Part shown: positions 48,800 to 61,596 of the stretch, piece by piece
How positions within the stretch are numbered: position 1 is the stretch's first letter
Layout of the letters: every line of letters starts with the position of its first letter
Source: Escherichia coli
GTDB lineage: Bacteria > Pseudomonadota > Gammaproteobacteria > Enterobacterales > Enterobacteriaceae
Assembly (NCBI RefSeq): GCF_003334385.1
Contig: NZ_QOWN01000007.1
DNA length: 64,000 nt
Direction: 5' to 3' (one strand)
Program-made: the position numbers and the translations under genes
Notes under the pieces: generated by a model
What the model was told of the DNA's origin: nothing
The model's input: the letters and a program-made list of their open reading frames with translations, nothing else
The model's database searches: none

Positions 48800-49285
48800 T
48801 TTTTTGCCTGATGCGACGCTGGCGCGTCTTATCAGGCCTACAAGACCCGAGCACAGAACCGTAGGCCGGATAAGGCGTTCACGCCGCATCCGGCATTCAG
48901 TGCCTGATGCGACGCTGACGCGTCTTATCAGGCCTACAGGTCCCGAGCACAGAACCGTAGGATGGATAAGGCGTTCACGCCGCATCCGGCATTCAGTGCC
49001 TGATGCGACGCTGGCGCGTCTTATCAGGCCTACAAGACCCGAGCACAGAACCGTAGGCCGGATAAGGCGTTTTACGCCGCATCCGGCATTCAGTGCCTGA
49101 TGCGACGCTGGCGCGTCTTATCGGGCCTACAAGATCCAAGCCCTGAACCGTAGGCCGGATAAGGCGTTCACGCCGCATCCGGCATTCAGTGCCTGATGCG
49201 ACGCTGACGCGTCTTATCAGGCCTACAGGTCCCGAGCACAGAACCGTAGGATGGATAAGGCGTTTTACGCTGCACCCGGCAACCG
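48800..49285. repeat. BIME array: about 10 REP palindromic units in alternating orientation
   Basis: Repeated gcctgatgcgacgctg(g/a)cgcgtcttatcaggcctac and gtaggccggataaggcgttcacgccgcatccggc units. Confidence 0.9.
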
Positions 49286-49308
49286 TTGTCGGAACCGAAA
49301 ACAACAAC

Positions 49309-50787
49309 TCACCCCGCCCGTAAAAGCATTTTCATTTTTTCGCTGCGACAAAACTGACGCTTCACTTCCACCACCAGCGGATGGCGCGACAGCACAATCA
49401 TCACCACAAACGCCAGCACGCCCGCGGCTATTTGCACCGCCAGCAGCATCCCCAGCGCCAGTTGCCCTTTCAGCACAATGCCCAGCACATAACTGACCAC
49501 CAGCGTCGGCAGCGAGAGATAAAACGGCAGCCACAAACTCAGGATGTACTGGCGATAACTGGAACCAAGAACCGGTTTAATCATCACGAAGTAACTCAGA
49601 ATGGTGTTGATAATCTGCACCAGCAGGAAACCGAGCGTGACGCCGATTGCGCCCGCCATCTGCCCACCAATAACAATCGCCGGAATAAACAGAAATGTTT
49701 TGAATACGTTGAATTTAAAGCTGATGTCGACCCGCGCTTTCGCCATCAGTAGCGAACCAATCGGGTTACCCACCGAACGCAGCAGACCCACCACACACAG
49801 CAATTGCAGCACCGGAATAATGCTGTTCCACTTCTCACCAAAGACCAGCGGTACAAAGTTATTTGACACCACCATCAGCCCCAGCAGCGCCGGAAAGTTG
49901 ATAATCCCCACCACCGACAGCAGCTTGTAGAAGTTGACGCGCAGCTTTTCGGTATCGTCCTGAATTTTGGCGAATGCCGGAAACAACACGCGGGTGATGA
50001 TCGGGTTCAGCTTCATCGGCGGCACAACGGCCACGTTGTACGCCAGGTTGTATCCCCCGGCCACGCCCGCGCCGAGAATACGCGCCAGCACCAGCGTCGA
50101 AAGGTTGGTGTTGAGATAGTTGATGATGCTGTCCGCCGTCAGCCAGGCACCAAAGCGTAAGTTCGGTGCCACCGACGCCAGCGAGAAATGCAGACCGGGG
50201 CGATAAATTTTGCGGCCAAAGTAGCCAAACAGCAGCGTTCTCACCGCACTATTGACCAGATAACCGAGGATCGCGGTCATCGCCAGCGGCCAGAAATGGG
50301 CGCTAACCACCGTAAAAGTGAAGCCCGCCAGTACCGCGCTGGTTTCGATCATGCCGATTTTGTTGAACTCCAGCTCCTTCTGCATCAACGCGCGGAACTG
50401 TTGCCCGTGGGGGATCACCACAAACGCCAGCGACAATGTTTTAATCAACGGTGCCAGGTCCGGGTTATTCAGCACGTCGCCGATGAGATCACTCAACAAA
50501 AACACCGCCACGCACACCACGATCCCCAGCCCGACGTTCAGCCAGTACAACGTGGTGAGTTCAAGGTGACTGATTTCTTTTCGCTGAATAATCGAGTTAG
50601 CGATACCAAAGTCAGAAAGCGTATCTGCCAGCGCGATGATCACCAGCGACACGGTAAGCAAACCGAACTGGTGGTTGTCGATAATCCGCGCCAGCACGGT
50701 CATCTGCACCAGCCCGAGGCCGATGATGATCACCGTGGCAATCGCCGACCACTTCGCGCCGCTGATGGTTTTTTCACGTAAGCTCAT
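49309..50787 (-). CDS. wzxC: Colanic acid flippase WzxC
   Basis: 492 aa MOP family multi-TM. Confidence 0.9.
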   Translation of the reverse strand: MSLREKTISGAKWSAIATVIIIGLGLVQMTVLARIIDNHQFGLLTVSLVIIALADTLSDFGIANSIIQRKEISHLELTTLYWLNVGLGIVVCVAVFLLSDLIGDVLNNPDLAPLIKTLSLAFVVIPHGQQFRALMQKELEFNKIGMIETSAVLAGFTFTVVSAHFWPLAMTAILGYLVNSAVRTLLFGYFGRKIYRPGLHFSLASVAPNLRFGAWLTADSIINYLNTNLSTLVLARILGAGVAGGYNLAYNVAVVPPMKLNPIITRVLFPAFAKIQDDTEKLRVNFYKLLSVVGIINFPALLGLMVVSNNFVPLVFGEKWNSIIPVLQLLCVVGLLRSVGNPIGSLLMAKARVDISFKFNVFKTFLFIPAIVIGGQMAGAIGVTLGFLLVQIINTILSYFVMIKPVLGSSYRQYILSLWLPFYLSLPTLVVSYVLGIVLKGQLALGMLLAVQIAAGVLAFVVMIVLSRHPLVVEVKRQFCRSEKMKMLLRAG

Positions 50788-50788
50788 A

Positions 50789-52183
50789 TCAATATGCCGC
50801 TTTGTTAACGAAGCCTTTGAATACCGTCAGGAAAACGATTTTGATATCGAACCAGACGCTCCATTCGCGGATGTACTCAAGGTCGAACTCGACGCGTTTT
50901 TCCATTTTCTCCAGCGTGTCGGTTTCGCCGCGCCAGCCGTTAATCTGCGCCCAGCCGGTAATGCCCGGTTTCACCTTATGACGCAGCATGTAGCCTTCAA
51001 TGAGCTGTCGATACTGTTCGTTATGCGCCACCGCGTGCGGACGTGGACCGACAATCGACATCCCCCCGGTCAGCACATTGATAAACTGCGGCAATTCATC
51101 CAGCGAGGTGCGGCGCAGAAAGTTCCCCACTTTGGTGACGCGCGGATCGTTCTGCGTCGCCTGGGTCACCACTTTGTCGTTCTCCATCACTTTCATGGAA
51201 CGGAACTTCCACACTTTGATCGGCTTGCCATCCATGCCGTAGCGAGTCTGGCGGAAAATAACCGGCCCAGGTGAACTGAGTTTCACCGCCAGCGCAATGC
51301 AGCACAGCACCGGGGAGATCAGCAGCAGGATAAGCGTCGCCAGCACAATGTCTTCCGCACGTTTGAGCAGGCGGTTAACCCCGGAAAGCGGCGTGTCGTA
51401 AAGCGGCACCACCGGAACGCCGTTCATCTCTTCAAGACGTGAATGGAGAATGTTGAAGGTAAAGACATCGGGGATCAGCAGCACCGAACAGGTGGTGTCC
51501 GCCAGTTGATGGACCAGTTTTTTCACTCGCGCGCCGTCGCACATTTGCATCGCGATATAGACGTTATGAATCTTGCCTGCTTTAGCATCCTCGACCAGCT
51601 GTTGCAGGTTACCCGCCCAGTCGTTAGAAACGCCGCCCGGTTTCGGGTCGTGGTAAACCCCCACCACTTCAAACCCTAACCACGGCTGATTACGGAAGCT
51701 CTCCATCAGCATTTGTCCGGCGGCTAAATCCCCCGCCACCGCGACCATGCGCTTGTTATAGCCATGATTACGCAGCCAGCCCGCCCCAATGCGAATACAC
51801 GAACGGCAAACCACCAGTCCGATGCTGGTCAGCCCATACCACGCCAGCCAGATTTTCAGTTGCGTGTCGAAATCATTGTTGAACGCCACCAGTCCGGCGC
51901 TGAAAATCACGCTTAACGTCCAGTTTTGTAGCAACAGGGCAAATTCTGTCGCTGCCCGAACACCGCGCCATGAGCGATAAAAATCGGTGATGCCGCCCAG
52001 CATCTGGAACACCACCAGCGTAATCAGCGCCACCAACAGGTGCATGTAGAGGAATGACAGTCCGCTGACTTCGCAAACCAGCCATAGCCCGGCAAACATG
52101 ATGGTGATATCTGAAAAGCGTTGCACCATAGAGATTAACGATGCATTGGTTTTCGCTCGCTCGCGCTTTTTTAGATTTGTCAT
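50789..52183 (-). CDS. wcaJ: UDP-glucose:undecaprenyl-phosphate glucose-1-phosphate transferase WcaJ
   Basis: 464 aa polyprenyl-phosphate hexose-1-P transferase. Confidence 0.9.
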   Translation of the reverse strand: MTNLKKRERAKTNASLISMVQRFSDITIMFAGLWLVCEVSGLSFLYMHLLVALITLVVFQMLGGITDFYRSWRGVRAATEFALLLQNWTLSVIFSAGLVAFNNDFDTQLKIWLAWYGLTSIGLVVCRSCIRIGAGWLRNHGYNKRMVAVAGDLAAGQMLMESFRNQPWLGFEVVGVYHDPKPGGVSNDWAGNLQQLVEDAKAGKIHNVYIAMQMCDGARVKKLVHQLADTTCSVLLIPDVFTFNILHSRLEEMNGVPVVPLYDTPLSGVNRLLKRAEDIVLATLILLLISPVLCCIALAVKLSSPGPVIFRQTRYGMDGKPIKVWKFRSMKVMENDKVVTQATQNDPRVTKVGNFLRRTSLDELPQFINVLTGGMSIVGPRPHAVAHNEQYRQLIEGYMLRHKVKPGITGWAQINGWRGETDTLEKMEKRVEFDLEYIREWSVWFDIKIVFLTVFKGFVNKAAY

Positions 52184-52237
52184 CGTTGTTCCTGTTATTA
52201 GCCCCTTACCCGCAATGGGGTAAGGGAAGATCCGACA

Positions 52238-53608
52238 TTACTCATTCAGCAACGTCAGCAGAGTTCGCGTTCGCGCTTCCATCAGCGGCACATCACCGCG
52301 CGATTCCACATTCAACCGCACCACCGGTTCGGTGTTGGAGGAGCGCAGGTTAAAACGCCAGTCGGCAAAGGTCATACTGATGCCATCGGTACGATCCACC
52401 GCCAGCGCCTCACGGCTAAAATGCTGTTCCACGCGGTTAATCGCCTCAGCGGGTTGCGCCAGTTTGCTGTTGATCTCACCGCTTGCCGGAAACGCCACCA
52501 TCCGGTCGCGTACCAGTTCGCCCAGCGTTTTCTCTTTCAGGCACACCAGTTCGGCTACCAGTAGCCACGGGATCATGCCGCTGTCGCAGTAAGCGAAATC
52601 ACGGAAGTAATGGTGAGCGCTCATTTCGCCACCGTAGATGGCGTCCTCCTTGCGCATACGTTCTTTAATAAAGGCGTGTCCGGTTTTCGACATTACCGGC
52701 GTGCCACCTGCGGCAGTCACCACATCAACGGTGTTCCAGGAGAGACGTGGATCGTGGATGATCTTCGCGCCGGGATTTTTTTCGAGGAATGCTTCTGCCA
52801 GCAGGCCGACAATGTAATAGCCCTCGATAAACTGCCCTTTTTCGTCAAACAGGAAACAGCGGTCAAAATCGCCATCAAAGGCAATGCCCATATCCGCGCC
52901 GTGTTTGATGACCGCATTGCGGGTGTCGTCGCGACATTCCGGTAGCAGCGGGTTAGGAATACCGTTGGGGAAATTGCCGTCCGGTGTGTTGTGTACTTTG
53001 ATTAATTCCACGGGCGCGCCGAGGGCTTTAAAGCGGGCTTCAATGGCGTCCACCACCGGACCCGCTGCGCCATTCCCGGAGTTGATCACCAGCTTGAGCG
53101 GCGTGAGATTTTTGACATTGATATAACCGAACAGGTGATCAACGTAAGCGTCACGCAGGTTGATTTGCTGATAGCGACCGCGTTTGGTTTCATCGACGGG
53201 AGGAAAGTCGTTGGCTTCAGCCAGACGCTGGACGTCGCGCAGTCCGGTATCACCGCTGATCGGGCGAGCCCCTTCGCGCACCAGCTTCATGCCGTTATAA
53301 TCCATCGGATTATGGCTGGCGGTGACTTCAATGCCGCCATCCACGCCGAGATGGAACGTGGCGAAATAGATCTCTTCGGTGCCGGACATACCGATATCCA
53401 GCACGTCAACGCCCGCATCCTGTAAACCTTTTGCCAGCGCCAGTTTTAAGGTTTCGCTGGTGAGACGGACATCACCGCCTAACACAATGGTTTTCGGTTT
53501 GAGAAATTCGCCATAGGCGCGACCAATGCGCCAGGCGATATCTTCATTCAGTTCTTCGCCTAATTTCCCGCGAATATCATAGGCTTTAAAGCAGGTTAAT
53601 TTTTTCAT
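52238..53608 (-). CDS. cpsG: Phosphomannomutase CpsG (ManB)
   Basis: 456 aa from [14 protein letters not shown]. Confidence 0.9.
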   Translation of the reverse strand: MKKLTCFKAYDIRGKLGEELNEDIAWRIGRAYGEFLKPKTIVLGGDVRLTSETLKLALAKGLQDAGVDVLDIGMSGTEEIYFATFHLGVDGGIEVTASHNPMDYNGMKLVREGARPISGDTGLRDVQRLAEANDFPPVDETKRGRYQQINLRDAYVDHLFGYINVKNLTPLKLVINSGNGAAGPVVDAIEARFKALGAPVELIKVHNTPDGNFPNGIPNPLLPECRDDTRNAVIKHGADMGIAFDGDFDRCFLFDEKGQFIEGYYIVGLLAEAFLEKNPGAKIIHDPRLSWNTVDVVTAAGGTPVMSKTGHAFIKERMRKEDAIYGGEMSAHHYFRDFAYCDSGMIPWLLVAELVCLKEKTLGELVRDRMVAFPASGEINSKLAQPAEAINRVEQHFSREALAVDRTDGISMTFADWRFNLRSSNTEPVVRLNVESRGDVPLMEARTRTLLTLLNE

Positions 53609-53694
53609 GTCGTTACCCTTTTTCAGGCAATAGTTGGCCCTGACCGAAACGGCCAATTTTGTTTTTGTCGTTATTTACATCTCGGTTTCGCATT

Positions 53695-53800
<106 letters not shown>

Positions 53801-55237
53801 TTACACCCGTCCGTAGCGATCCGCGAAGCGCACCACATCATCCTCTTCGAGATAAGAGCCGGAGCGCACTTCAATTAAATCGAGCGGAATTTTCCCCGGG
53901 TTTTCCAGGCAATGCGTCGCCCCCAGCGGAATATAAATGGACTCGTTTTCACCAAGCAGTTTGATATCACCGTCAATGGTGACTTTTGCCGTTCCCGCGA
54001 CCACTACCCAGTGTTCCGCGCGGTGATGATGCATCTGTACTGACAAGCCTTCGCCCGGTTTCACGGTGATGCGTTTCACCTGATAGCGGTCGCCCGCGTC
54101 AATAGAGTCATATTTGCCCCACGGGCGATAGACCTCGCGATGTACCCGATGCTCATGGCGACCATCGGCTTTGATCTGCTCGACCACTTTTTTCACATCC
54201 TGCACCGCGTTACGGTCGGCAATCAGCACCGCATCTTTGGTCTGCACCACTACCAGATCTTTCACCCCGACGGTGGTGACCAGGCCAGATTCGGCGTACA
54301 CATAGCTGTTTTCAGTTTTGTGATTAATCACATCGCCGTGGCAAACGTTGCCCTCGGCGGTGTGGGCGCTGATCTCCCATAATGAAGACCAGGAACCGAC
54401 ATCACTCCAGCCCGCATCCATCGGCACCACAACGGCATCTGCCGTACGTTCCATGACCGCGTAATCCACCGACTCTTCCGGGCAGGCGAGAAACGCTTCT
54501 TCATCCACACGAATAAAATCGAGATCCGGATCAATGGCGCTCATCGCTTTTTCACAGGCATCGAGAATATCCGGGCGATATTTTTTCAGTTCTTCGAGAT
54601 AGCGTCCGGCGCGGAACAGGAACATACCGCTGTTCCAGTAATATTCGCCGCTTGCCACATAGGCCTGGGCGGTTTCCAGATTCGGTTTTTCGACAAACTG
54701 CGCCACTTCAAAGGCCACCGTATCCTGCTCACCCGCAGACACTTCACCGCGACGAATATAGCCATAACCGGTTTCTGGTAGATCCGGCACAATGCCGAAG
54801 GTCACCAGCTTGCCCGCTTCGGCATATGGCATGGCATTACGCACGGCGGCACGGAACGCGTCTTCATCGGCAATCACATGATCCGCCGCCAATACCAGCA
54901 TTAACGGGTCGCTCTCCGGGCTATGACGTTTTGCCGCCAGCGCCGCCAGTGCAATGGCAGGTGCAGTGTTACGCCCTGCCGGTTCGAGAATAATGTTCTC
55001 GGTGAGTTTGTTCAGTTGACGCAGCTGTTCCGCGACAATAAAGCGGTGCTGCTCATTGCAAATCACCACCGGGCTTTCGCACTCCACGCCGTTCAGGCGG
55101 CAGATGGTGGTTTGCAGCATGGTGAGATCGCCTTTCAGGCATAAAAACTGCTTGGGGTAAAGTACGCGGGAAAGCGGCCATAAGCGGCTACCGGAGCCAC
55201 CTGCCATCACAACTGGATAGAGTTTCGACTGCGCCAT
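53801..55237 (-). CDS. cpsB: Mannose-1-phosphate guanylyltransferase CpsB (ManC)
   Basis: 478 aa. Confidence 0.9.
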   Translation of the reverse strand: MAQSKLYPVVMAGGSGSRLWPLSRVLYPKQFLCLKGDLTMLQTTICRLNGVECESPVVICNEQHRFIVAEQLRQLNKLTENIILEPAGRNTAPAIALAALAAKRHSPESDPLMLVLAADHVIADEDAFRAAVRNAMPYAEAGKLVTFGIVPDLPETGYGYIRRGEVSAGEQDTVAFEVAQFVEKPNLETAQAYVASGEYYWNSGMFLFRAGRYLEELKKYRPDILDACEKAMSAIDPDLDFIRVDEEAFLACPEESVDYAVMERTADAVVVPMDAGWSDVGSWSSLWEISAHTAEGNVCHGDVINHKTENSYVYAESGLVTTVGVKDLVVVQTKDAVLIADRNAVQDVKKVVEQIKADGRHEHRVHREVYRPWGKYDSIDAGDRYQVKRITVKPGEGLSVQMHHHRAEHWVVVAGTAKVTIDGDIKLLGENESIYIPLGATHCLENPGKIPLDLIEVRSGSYLEEDDVVRFADRYGRV

Positions 55238-55239
55238 AA

Positions 55240-56463
55240 TTATCCCCGAATATCATTTATAAATTGACGTAACACGTTCTCTTTATCGAGTGTGCGTTCG
55301 GCATATTCACGTGCCACCGTGTTGTGTTTGGGCAGCAGGAGCGCCTGACGGATCCCCGCCACCAGCGCCTCGACCGATTCCGGTTCTACGCAAACCGCAA
55401 TGCCCGGAAAGGTTTCGCAAAGCTGCCCCAGTTCTGTGTGGGCCTCTGCGGTAATCACCGCGTTACCGCCTACCGCCAGAATATTGGTCAGTTTCGACGG
55501 CAATACGGCATCTGCCGCGCCGCGTTTTTGCACCACCAGATGGCAATCGCCCATCTTCAGCAGTGCGGGTAAAGCGTCATACGATTGCAGCGGGAAAAAT
55601 TGCATGTTGCGCAGTCCACGCTGCTGCGCCATTTTTTCCAGCCGCGCTTTGCCGCCGCCCTGCCCGACAATGGCAAAAATCAGCGGTTCATCGCGCAGAC
55701 GATCGGCAGCTTCAATAACGTTTTCCAGCCCCTGCTTTTCACCAATATTGCCGGAGTAAAGAATGATTTTTTTGTTATCCGGCAGGTCAAGCTGGTTACG
55801 AAGGGCGTCAACATCGGCATCTGCAACATGCTGAAAACGGGCAATTTCCGACCAGTTGGGGAAGAAGATGACGTTTTCCGCCGCCACGCCTTTTTCGATG
55901 GCTTTATTCATCATTGAACGCGAAATCGTGGAGACGTTATCGACGTTATGCAGTCCGCTACGTTCGAACGCCGTTGCCAGCTGTGCCACTTTGCCGCCTT
56001 TGCCTTTTCCGGCAAGGCCCAGCCCCAGCATGGCGTCCACTTCGTAATCCTGAATATGCAGCACGGTACGCGCACCAGAGAGCTTCGCCAGCAGGCGCAT
56101 TCCCGGCGTGCAAAACAGCGTTGGCACTACGCCGATAATGCGATCCGGCTTCCAGCGACGTTGCGCCATCAGTGGAAAGAAACTGCTGACGGCAAAACTG
56201 CCGAGATGCAACAAGCGTTTCAGGGTGCTCGGCTGTTTTGGCACGTACAGCGGGCAGCGCCACACCGTGGCGGCCCCCTCTTCTCGTTTGTAGCGCCAGG
56301 CGGAATAGTTCTCGCCCACCTGCCACTGCGGGTAGTAAGGCGGTGCGGTAATAACCCGCACCTCATGACCTTGTGCCGCCAGCCATTCCACCATCTCGCC
56401 GGTGTATTTGCCGATACCGGTTAACTCCGGCGAGTAGTTAATGCCGTAGACCAGTATTTTCAT
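55240..56463 (-). CDS. wcaI: Colanic acid glycosyltransferase WcaI
   Basis: 407 aa. Confidence 0.9.
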   Translation of the reverse strand: MKILVYGINYSPELTGIGKYTGEMVEWLAAQGHEVRVITAPPYYPQWQVGENYSAWRYKREEGAATVWRCPLYVPKQPSTLKRLLHLGSFAVSSFFPLMAQRRWKPDRIIGVVPTLFCTPGMRLLAKLSGARTVLHIQDYEVDAMLGLGLAGKGKGGKVAQLATAFERSGLHNVDNVSTISRSMMNKAIEKGVAAENVIFFPNWSEIARFQHVADADVDALRNQLDLPDNKKIILYSGNIGEKQGLENVIEAADRLRDEPLIFAIVGQGGGKARLEKMAQQRGLRNMQFFPLQSYDALPALLKMGDCHLVVQKRGAADAVLPSKLTNILAVGGNAVITAEAHTELGQLCETFPGIAVCVEPESVEALVAGIRQALLLPKHNTVAREYAERTLDKENVLRQFINDIRG

Positions 56464-56939
56464 AATCCGGGTACTCCGGCACGCTTCTCAGCGAGAAAAT
56501 AGGCGCGGCTGTTAGCGTGAACATCGTTACTGGCGAGCAGCGCGTCCGGCGTCAGCCAGCGGTAATCGTCATGCTGCTCATCCGGCAGTATCAGATCTTC
56601 TTCAGCGACTCTGAAGCGAAAACCGAGCACCACATAGTGAGTGGTGAAATCCGTGCCGGAGAAGTTATCGTCATAAAAGTGCTGCCAGACACCGTAAAAC
56701 TGGCCTGCTGTTATCGGCAGACGCAGCCCCAGTTCCGCCATCGTCAGCCGCTCGAATGCGGCTTCCAGCGTTTCGTCTTTCTGCACGCGCCCTCCCGGCA
56801 CAAACCAGTAACCCTGCGCCGGGCGGTTGGTTCTTTTGCCAAGCAGAAACTCGCCGCGACTGTTCTCGACAATAAAGTCGAGAGAGACAAGCGGAGTGGA
56901 GCGCACTACCGTGGCAAAGTCTTCCTGACGTAAAAACAT
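56460..56939 (-). CDS. gmm: GDP-mannose mannosyl hydrolase Gmm (WcaH, Nudix)
   Basis: 159 aa from [12 protein letters not shown]. Confidence 0.9.
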   Translation of the reverse strand: MFLRQEDFATVVRSTPLVSLDFIVENSRGEFLLGKRTNRPAQGYWFVPGGRVQKDETLEAAFERLTMAELGLRLPITAGQFYGVWQHFYDDNFSGTDFTTHYVVLGFRFRVAEEDLILPDEQHDDYRWLTPDALLASNDVHANSRAYFLAEKRAGVPGL

Positions 56940-56941
56940 CA

Positions 56942-57907
56942 TTACCCCCGAAAGCGGTCTTGATTCTCAAGGAACCACTGGTAAGTGCTGGCAAGCCCCG
57001 CTTCCAGTGAGATTTCGTGATACCAGCCAAGCTGATGCAGGCGCGTCACATCCAGCAGTTTGCGCGGCGTACCATCCGGTTTACTGGCATCAAAAACCAC
57101 CCGACCTTTGTAACCCACCACTTTGGCGATGGTTTGCGCCAGCTCGCGGATAGTGCAGTCAACGCCCGTGCCGACGTTAATGTGCGACAGCATCGGCTGG
57201 GTGTTCTCCAGCCAGACTTCGTGCGCCAGCTCCATCACATGAATGCTTGCCGCCGCCATATCATCGACGTGCAGGAATTCACGCATCGGTGTACCGCTGC
57301 CCCACACCACCACGTCCGGCGCATTCTGTGCCGTCGCCTCGTGGAAGCGACGCAGCAATGCAGGGATCACATGCGAATTACTCGGGTGGAAGTTGTCGTG
57401 TGGCCCGTACAGGTTGGTCGGCATGACTGAACGGTAATCTCGTCCGTACTGGCGATTGTAAGATTCGCACAATTTGATCCCGGCGATTTTGGCAATAGCA
57501 TAAGGCTCGTTAGTCGGCTCCAGCGTGCCCTGCAACAACTCGCTTTCTGCCATCGGCTGTTTTGCCAGTTTCGGGTAGATGCAGGACGATCCGAGAAACA
57601 GCAGTTTGTTCACGTCGTTCTGATGCGCGGCGTGAATGATGTTGCTCTCAATCATCATGTTCTGGTAGATGAAATCCGCCGGATAGGTGTTGTTGGCAAC
57701 AATGCCGCCCACTTTCGCCGCCGCCAGATAGACCTGGTCAATACGTTCGCTGGCAAAGAAATCATGCACGGCGCGGCTGTCCAGCAGGTTCAGCTCGTCG
57801 CGGGTGCGTAATACCAGTTCCACATCACCGCGCTGTTCGAGCTGTCGCTTGATGGCGGAACCGACCATCCCGCGATGGCCAGCGATAAAAATTCGTTGTT
57901 TACTCAT
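56942..57907 (-). CDS. fcl: GDP-L-fucose synthase Fcl
   Basis: 321 aa. Confidence 0.95.
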   Translation of the reverse strand: MSKQRIFIAGHRGMVGSAIKRQLEQRGDVELVLRTRDELNLLDSRAVHDFFASERIDQVYLAAAKVGGIVANNTYPADFIYQNMMIESNIIHAAHQNDVNKLLFLGSSCIYPKLAKQPMAESELLQGTLEPTNEPYAIAKIAGIKLCESYNRQYGRDYRSVMPTNLYGPHDNFHPSNSHVIPALLRRFHEATAQNAPDVVVWGSGTPMREFLHVDDMAAASIHVMELAHEVWLENTQPMLSHINVGTGVDCTIRELAQTIAKVVGYKGRVVFDASKPDGTPRKLLDVTRLHQLGWYHEISLEAGLASTYQWFLENQDRFRG

Positions 57908-57909
57908 GC

Positions 57910-59031
57910 TTATGACTCCAGCGCGATCGCCACGTCGTAGCCGTGAGATTTCAGCAGAGAGTGTTTTTTCGCCGCCTCGAGGTCATTAGCCACCATTTCA
58001 GACACCATCTCTCTGAGGGTGATTTCCGGTTTCCAGCCCAGTTTTTCGTGCGCTTTAGTCGGGTCGCCGAGCAGCGTTTCAACTTCAGCCGGACGGAAGT
58101 AACGCGGGTCAACGGCGATAATCACATCCCCCGGTTTAACGCCCGGCGCGTCATGCCCGGTGACGGAAACCACAATGCCCTTCTCTTCAACGCCCGTGCC
58201 TTCAAAGCGCAGTTTGATGCCCAGCTGTGCTGCCGCCATTTCTACGAACTGACGCACGGAGTACTGAACGCCGGTAGCAATAACGAAATCTTCTGGCTGT
58301 TCCTGTTGCAGCATCATCCACTGCATTTTTACGTAGTCTTTGGCATGGCCCCAGTCACGCAGGGAATCCATATTGCCGAGGTACAGGCACGACTCCAGCC
58401 CCTGGGCGATGTTGGCGATTGCGCGGGTTATTTTGCGGGTAACGAAGGTTTCGCCACGGCGCGGGGATTCATGGTTGAAGAGAATACCGTTGCAGGCGTA
58501 CATGCCGTAGGATTCGCGGTAGTTAACGGTGATCCAGTAGGCGTACAGTTTGGCGACCGCATACGGAGATCGCGGGTAGAACGGCGTGGTTTCTTTCTGC
58601 GGAATTTCCTGCACCAGACCATACAGTTCAGAGGTGGAAGCCTGATAGAAACGGGTTTTCTTTTCCAGACCGAGGAAGCGGATCGCCTCGAGCAGGCGCA
58701 GCGTACCCATCGCGTCGACGTCAGCGGTATATTCCGGTGACTCAAAAGAAACCGCAACGTGGCTCATTGCCCCCAGGTTGTACACTTCATCCGGCTGTAC
58801 TTCACGCAAAATGCGCGTCAGGTTGGAGGTATCACTCAGGTCGCCATAATGCAGATGGAATTTCGGGTTGCAGGTGTGCGGATCCTGATAAATGTGATCC
58901 ACGCGCTCGGTGTTGAATGACGATGCGCGACGCTTAATACCATGCACCTCGTAACCTTTTTCCAGCAGAAACTCTGCCAGGTAAGAACCGTCTTGTCCGG
59001 TTACACCGGTGATGAGAGCGACTTTTGACAT
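57910..59031 (-). CDS. gmd: GDP-mannose 4,6-dehydratase Gmd
   Basis: 373 aa from [23 protein letters not shown]. Confidence 0.95.
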
Positions 59032-59057
59032 GTCTTATTCCTCTGTATTTTTTGAAT

Positions 59058-59606
59058 TTATTCAGTTTCAACGCGTTCGCGTATCACCACTGCTGGATTC
59101 CCCCGGCAAACCACATTTGCCGGAAGCGATTTAAAAACACTGCTTCGCGCACCCACGACGGTGCCGTTACCGATCGTGACGCCTGGGGCAACAAAGACAT
59201 CGGTTGCCAGCCAGCATTTCTCGCCAATCACAATAGGCGTGGCGTTAATGGTGAAATGTTGACTTGCATGGTCGTGGCTCCCGGTGCATAAATAACTTTT
59301 TTGCGATATCACCGAATGTGCGCCAATGGTTATTTCACCGAGGGTATATAAATTGACGTCATCGCCGACCCACGCGTAATCACCTAAGGTTAATTTCCAC
59401 GGATAGGTAATTTTTACTGACGGACGAATAACTACGTTTTTTCCTATTTTTGCGCCGAATAAACGTAATAAAAATGCCCGCCAGCGATACAATACTTGTG
59501 GCGACCAGGCAAATATTGTTGCCTGTACTGCCCACCATAATTGCACTTTAATAGCGTTGCCGCCCCGGAACCCTTTCGGCACCGAGAAACCGCTTAAATC
59601 TTGCAT
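59058..59606 (-). CDS. wcaF: Colanic acid acetyltransferase WcaF (hexapeptide repeat)
   Basis: 182 aa. Confidence 0.9.
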   Translation of the reverse strand: MQDLSGFSVPKGFRGGNAIKVQLWWAVQATIFAWSPQVLYRWRAFLLRLFGAKIGKNVVIRPSVKITYPWKLTLGDYAWVGDDVNLYTLGEITIGAHSVISQKSYLCTGSHDHASQHFTINATPIVIGEKCWLATDVFVAPGVTIGNGTVVGARSSVFKSLPANVVCRGNPAVVIRERVETE

Positions 59607-59621
59607 CGTTTTCCCTTATAT

Positions 59622-60368
59622 TCAGCTTTTGTTATATAAGGCTTTCGTCTTTGAGGTAGTACGTTGGCGTAAATGCCAGGATAATTCTGCCCAGAAGCCA
59701 GGCACATGTAATATCTGCCGTTGGACTTTTTTGGCGTCAGCACACAATTCCATATTATTGGTGGTTGATACCCCACCCATTGAAAATTCAGACACCAGGC
59801 CATTGAGTTTTTTAAATGCATAACCGGCTTTATACATTTTAGCCGCCAGCGCGTAATCGGAAGAAACTTTATATTCCAGGTCATAACGCCATTTTTTCAA
59901 GCCGGACACCGGGAAAAATATCGCCTGATGACTGGCGGGCAGACTGTGGTAAATATACCAGCCAGGTTTGGCGCTACGTTTAATTTTATGCCCGTCGCCA
60001 AAATCCAGCAGCGCATCGCCGGTGATCATCACGTTATCTTTTTGCATTTTTAACTTACGGACAAAATTTGCGGCATCCTGATGAAAAATATCGCCCGAGT
60101 TGAGAAACAACGCGAACTTGCCTTGTGCCATCGCAATGCCTTTGTTCATGGCGTCGTAGATACCGTTATCTGGCTCGCTGACAAAGCGTAGGTTATAGAT
60201 ACCATTGAGATTTTCCAGATACTCACGGGTGCCGTCATTGGAGCCGCCATCGACAACAATCCATTCGAAGCTGATATCGTCCGCCTGCGCCAGATGCGCC
60301 AGCGAGGCATGTGTTTTGACTATCCCTTCGAGGTTACGAAACGCGACAGTGATTATGCTAAGCAACAT
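59622..60368 (-). CDS. wcaE: Colanic acid glycosyltransferase WcaE (GT2)
   Basis: 248 aa. Confidence 0.9.
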   Translation of the reverse strand: MLLSIITVAFRNLEGIVKTHASLAHLAQADDISFEWIVVDGGSNDGTREYLENLNGIYNLRFVSEPDNGIYDAMNKGIAMAQGKFALFLNSGDIFHQDAANFVRKLKMQKDNVMITGDALLDFGDGHKIKRSAKPGWYIYHSLPASHQAIFFPVSGLKKWRYDLEYKVSSDYALAAKMYKAGYAFKKLNGLVSEFSMGGVSTTNNMELCADAKKVQRQILHVPGFWAELSWHLRQRTTSKTKALYNKS

Positions 60369-60378
60369 GTTCTTATTA

Positions 60379-61596
60379 TTACCTCGTAATATTTAACGCT
60401 TTTCGCAAAATAAACGGACAGACGATTAAAAATGCATATTCCGGGCTAAATATCGAACCGGTAAAAAACAGCGATACCGGAGTAAAAAGATATAATTGCA
60501 CGCGAAAATTGCGGTTATCACCAAAAGCGTTGATCATCATTTTTATCACTTTCCCCATGTACCACAGCGATAAAAACACCGCGAACCAGGAAAAATAAAT
60601 AATCAGCAGATACAAACCATTGTCTATGGTTTTTCCGACATCCGCACCGTTAAATATTCCGAATGATGCGACATATTCATAAAGTGAGCCAAATCTGACT
60701 ACACCGTCAATATGGGTCAAAGAATAACCGACCATCACCAGCGGACCGACAATACGATAATACGATGACGATCCTTCCGTACCTAAATCGCCCAGACGGG
60801 TGGAAATATAAGGAAATGCGATTACCACACCAACCAGGAATACAGCCAGAGAAATCAATGCTAACGGTAACTTTTTCTTAATCGCCTCTTTATTCAGATA
60901 TTGAAATGCCCACTCCAGCAAATAAAACAGGATAAAGGTCATAACCCCTGAAAACGATCCGGATAATATTATCCCTGCGAGAATCATAGCATCTGTTTTA
61001 GGCGTTTTGATACCAAACTGTTTGATGCTGAGCCAAATTGAGATTAATGCCAGAGCGAAAAATGCCGGTTCGAAATAAAGTGCTGTCGTGCGCTTGCCGC
61101 CGAATTTAATGAAATTCAGCACATAGCTGTTGCTGTAAATCAGATATTTCGAAATCGACTCCATAATACTGCTGCCACCGGTGAGGATAATTTGCGCCAT
61201 CTCCACCGCCGCCAGCGCCACCACCAGCCCGACCACCAGATAAAAGAAACGTAATATCTTGCGATGGTTGTGTGGCGAAATCGTTTTAAAGCGAATACTC
61301 CACACCATGCCAATAATGATCACAATATAGACAAACAGCATGGTTGAAGTGACGTATTTACTGGCATCCAACGACTGACCAAACAGGTAGTTAAACGCCG
61401 TGAGTCCCGCACCAATCCCTAAGGCAATAATCAATTTTTTAACGCTGATGCGTTCTAAAAACAGCAGTAATAAGACAGGTAAAAAAGTGACGATGGTGAT
61501 GGGGAAACTTTCGCCAAGCTGGGCGATTTTGACGTTAACCAGCAGGTAGATCAGCGGCAGCAGCAGGTAGCTACAGATTCTGATAGAAGTTGACAT
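60379..61596 (-). CDS. wcaD: Colanic acid polymerase WcaD
   Basis: 405 aa from [18 protein letters not shown]-track start at 61668 is an extension overlapping wcaC. Confidence 0.85.
   Translation of the reverse strand: MSTSIRICSYLLLPLIYLLVNVKIAQLGESFPITIVTFLPVLLLLFLERISVKKLIIALGIGAGLTAFNYLFGQSLDASKYVTSTMLFVYIVIIIGMVWSIRFKTISPHNHRKILRFFYLVVGLVVALAAVEMAQIILTGGSSIMESISKYLIYSNSYVLNFIKFGGKRTTALYFEPAFFALALISIWLSIKQFGIKTPKTDAMILAGIILSGSFSGVMTFILFYLLEWAFQYLNKEAIKKKLPLALISLAVFLVGVVIAFPYISTRLGDLGTEGSSSYYRIVGPLVMVGYSLTHIDGVVRFGSLYEYVASFGIFNGADVGKTIDNGLYLLIIYFSWFAVFLSLWYMGKVIKMMINAFGDNRNFRVQLYLFTPVSLFFTGSIFSPEYAFLIVCPFILRKALNITR

Noticed and set aside
48800-49285. Possible CRISPR array
   Set aside because: The repeats are imperfect palindromes of two alternating types with short variable linkers (REP/BIME architecture), not uniform direct repeats with unique spacers; no cas genes nearby.
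48752-49307. Three ORFs of 77-104 aa with repetitive RRERLIRPTVLCSG-type translations
   Set aside because: They are translations of the REP/BIME repeat array, not genes.
50188-51274. Two + strand ORFs (197 and 212 aa)
   Set aside because: Antisense within wzxC/wcaJ; His/Arg/Gln-rich translations typical of the reverse frame of membrane-protein genes.
55948-56424. Several + and - strand ORFs (about 120-160 aa) inside wcaI
   Set aside because: Overlapping alternate-frame ORFs in a GC-rich gene; wcaI in its own frame gives a coherent GT-B protein.
57943-58740. 265-aa + strand ORF
   Set aside because: Antisense within gmd; shadow ORF.
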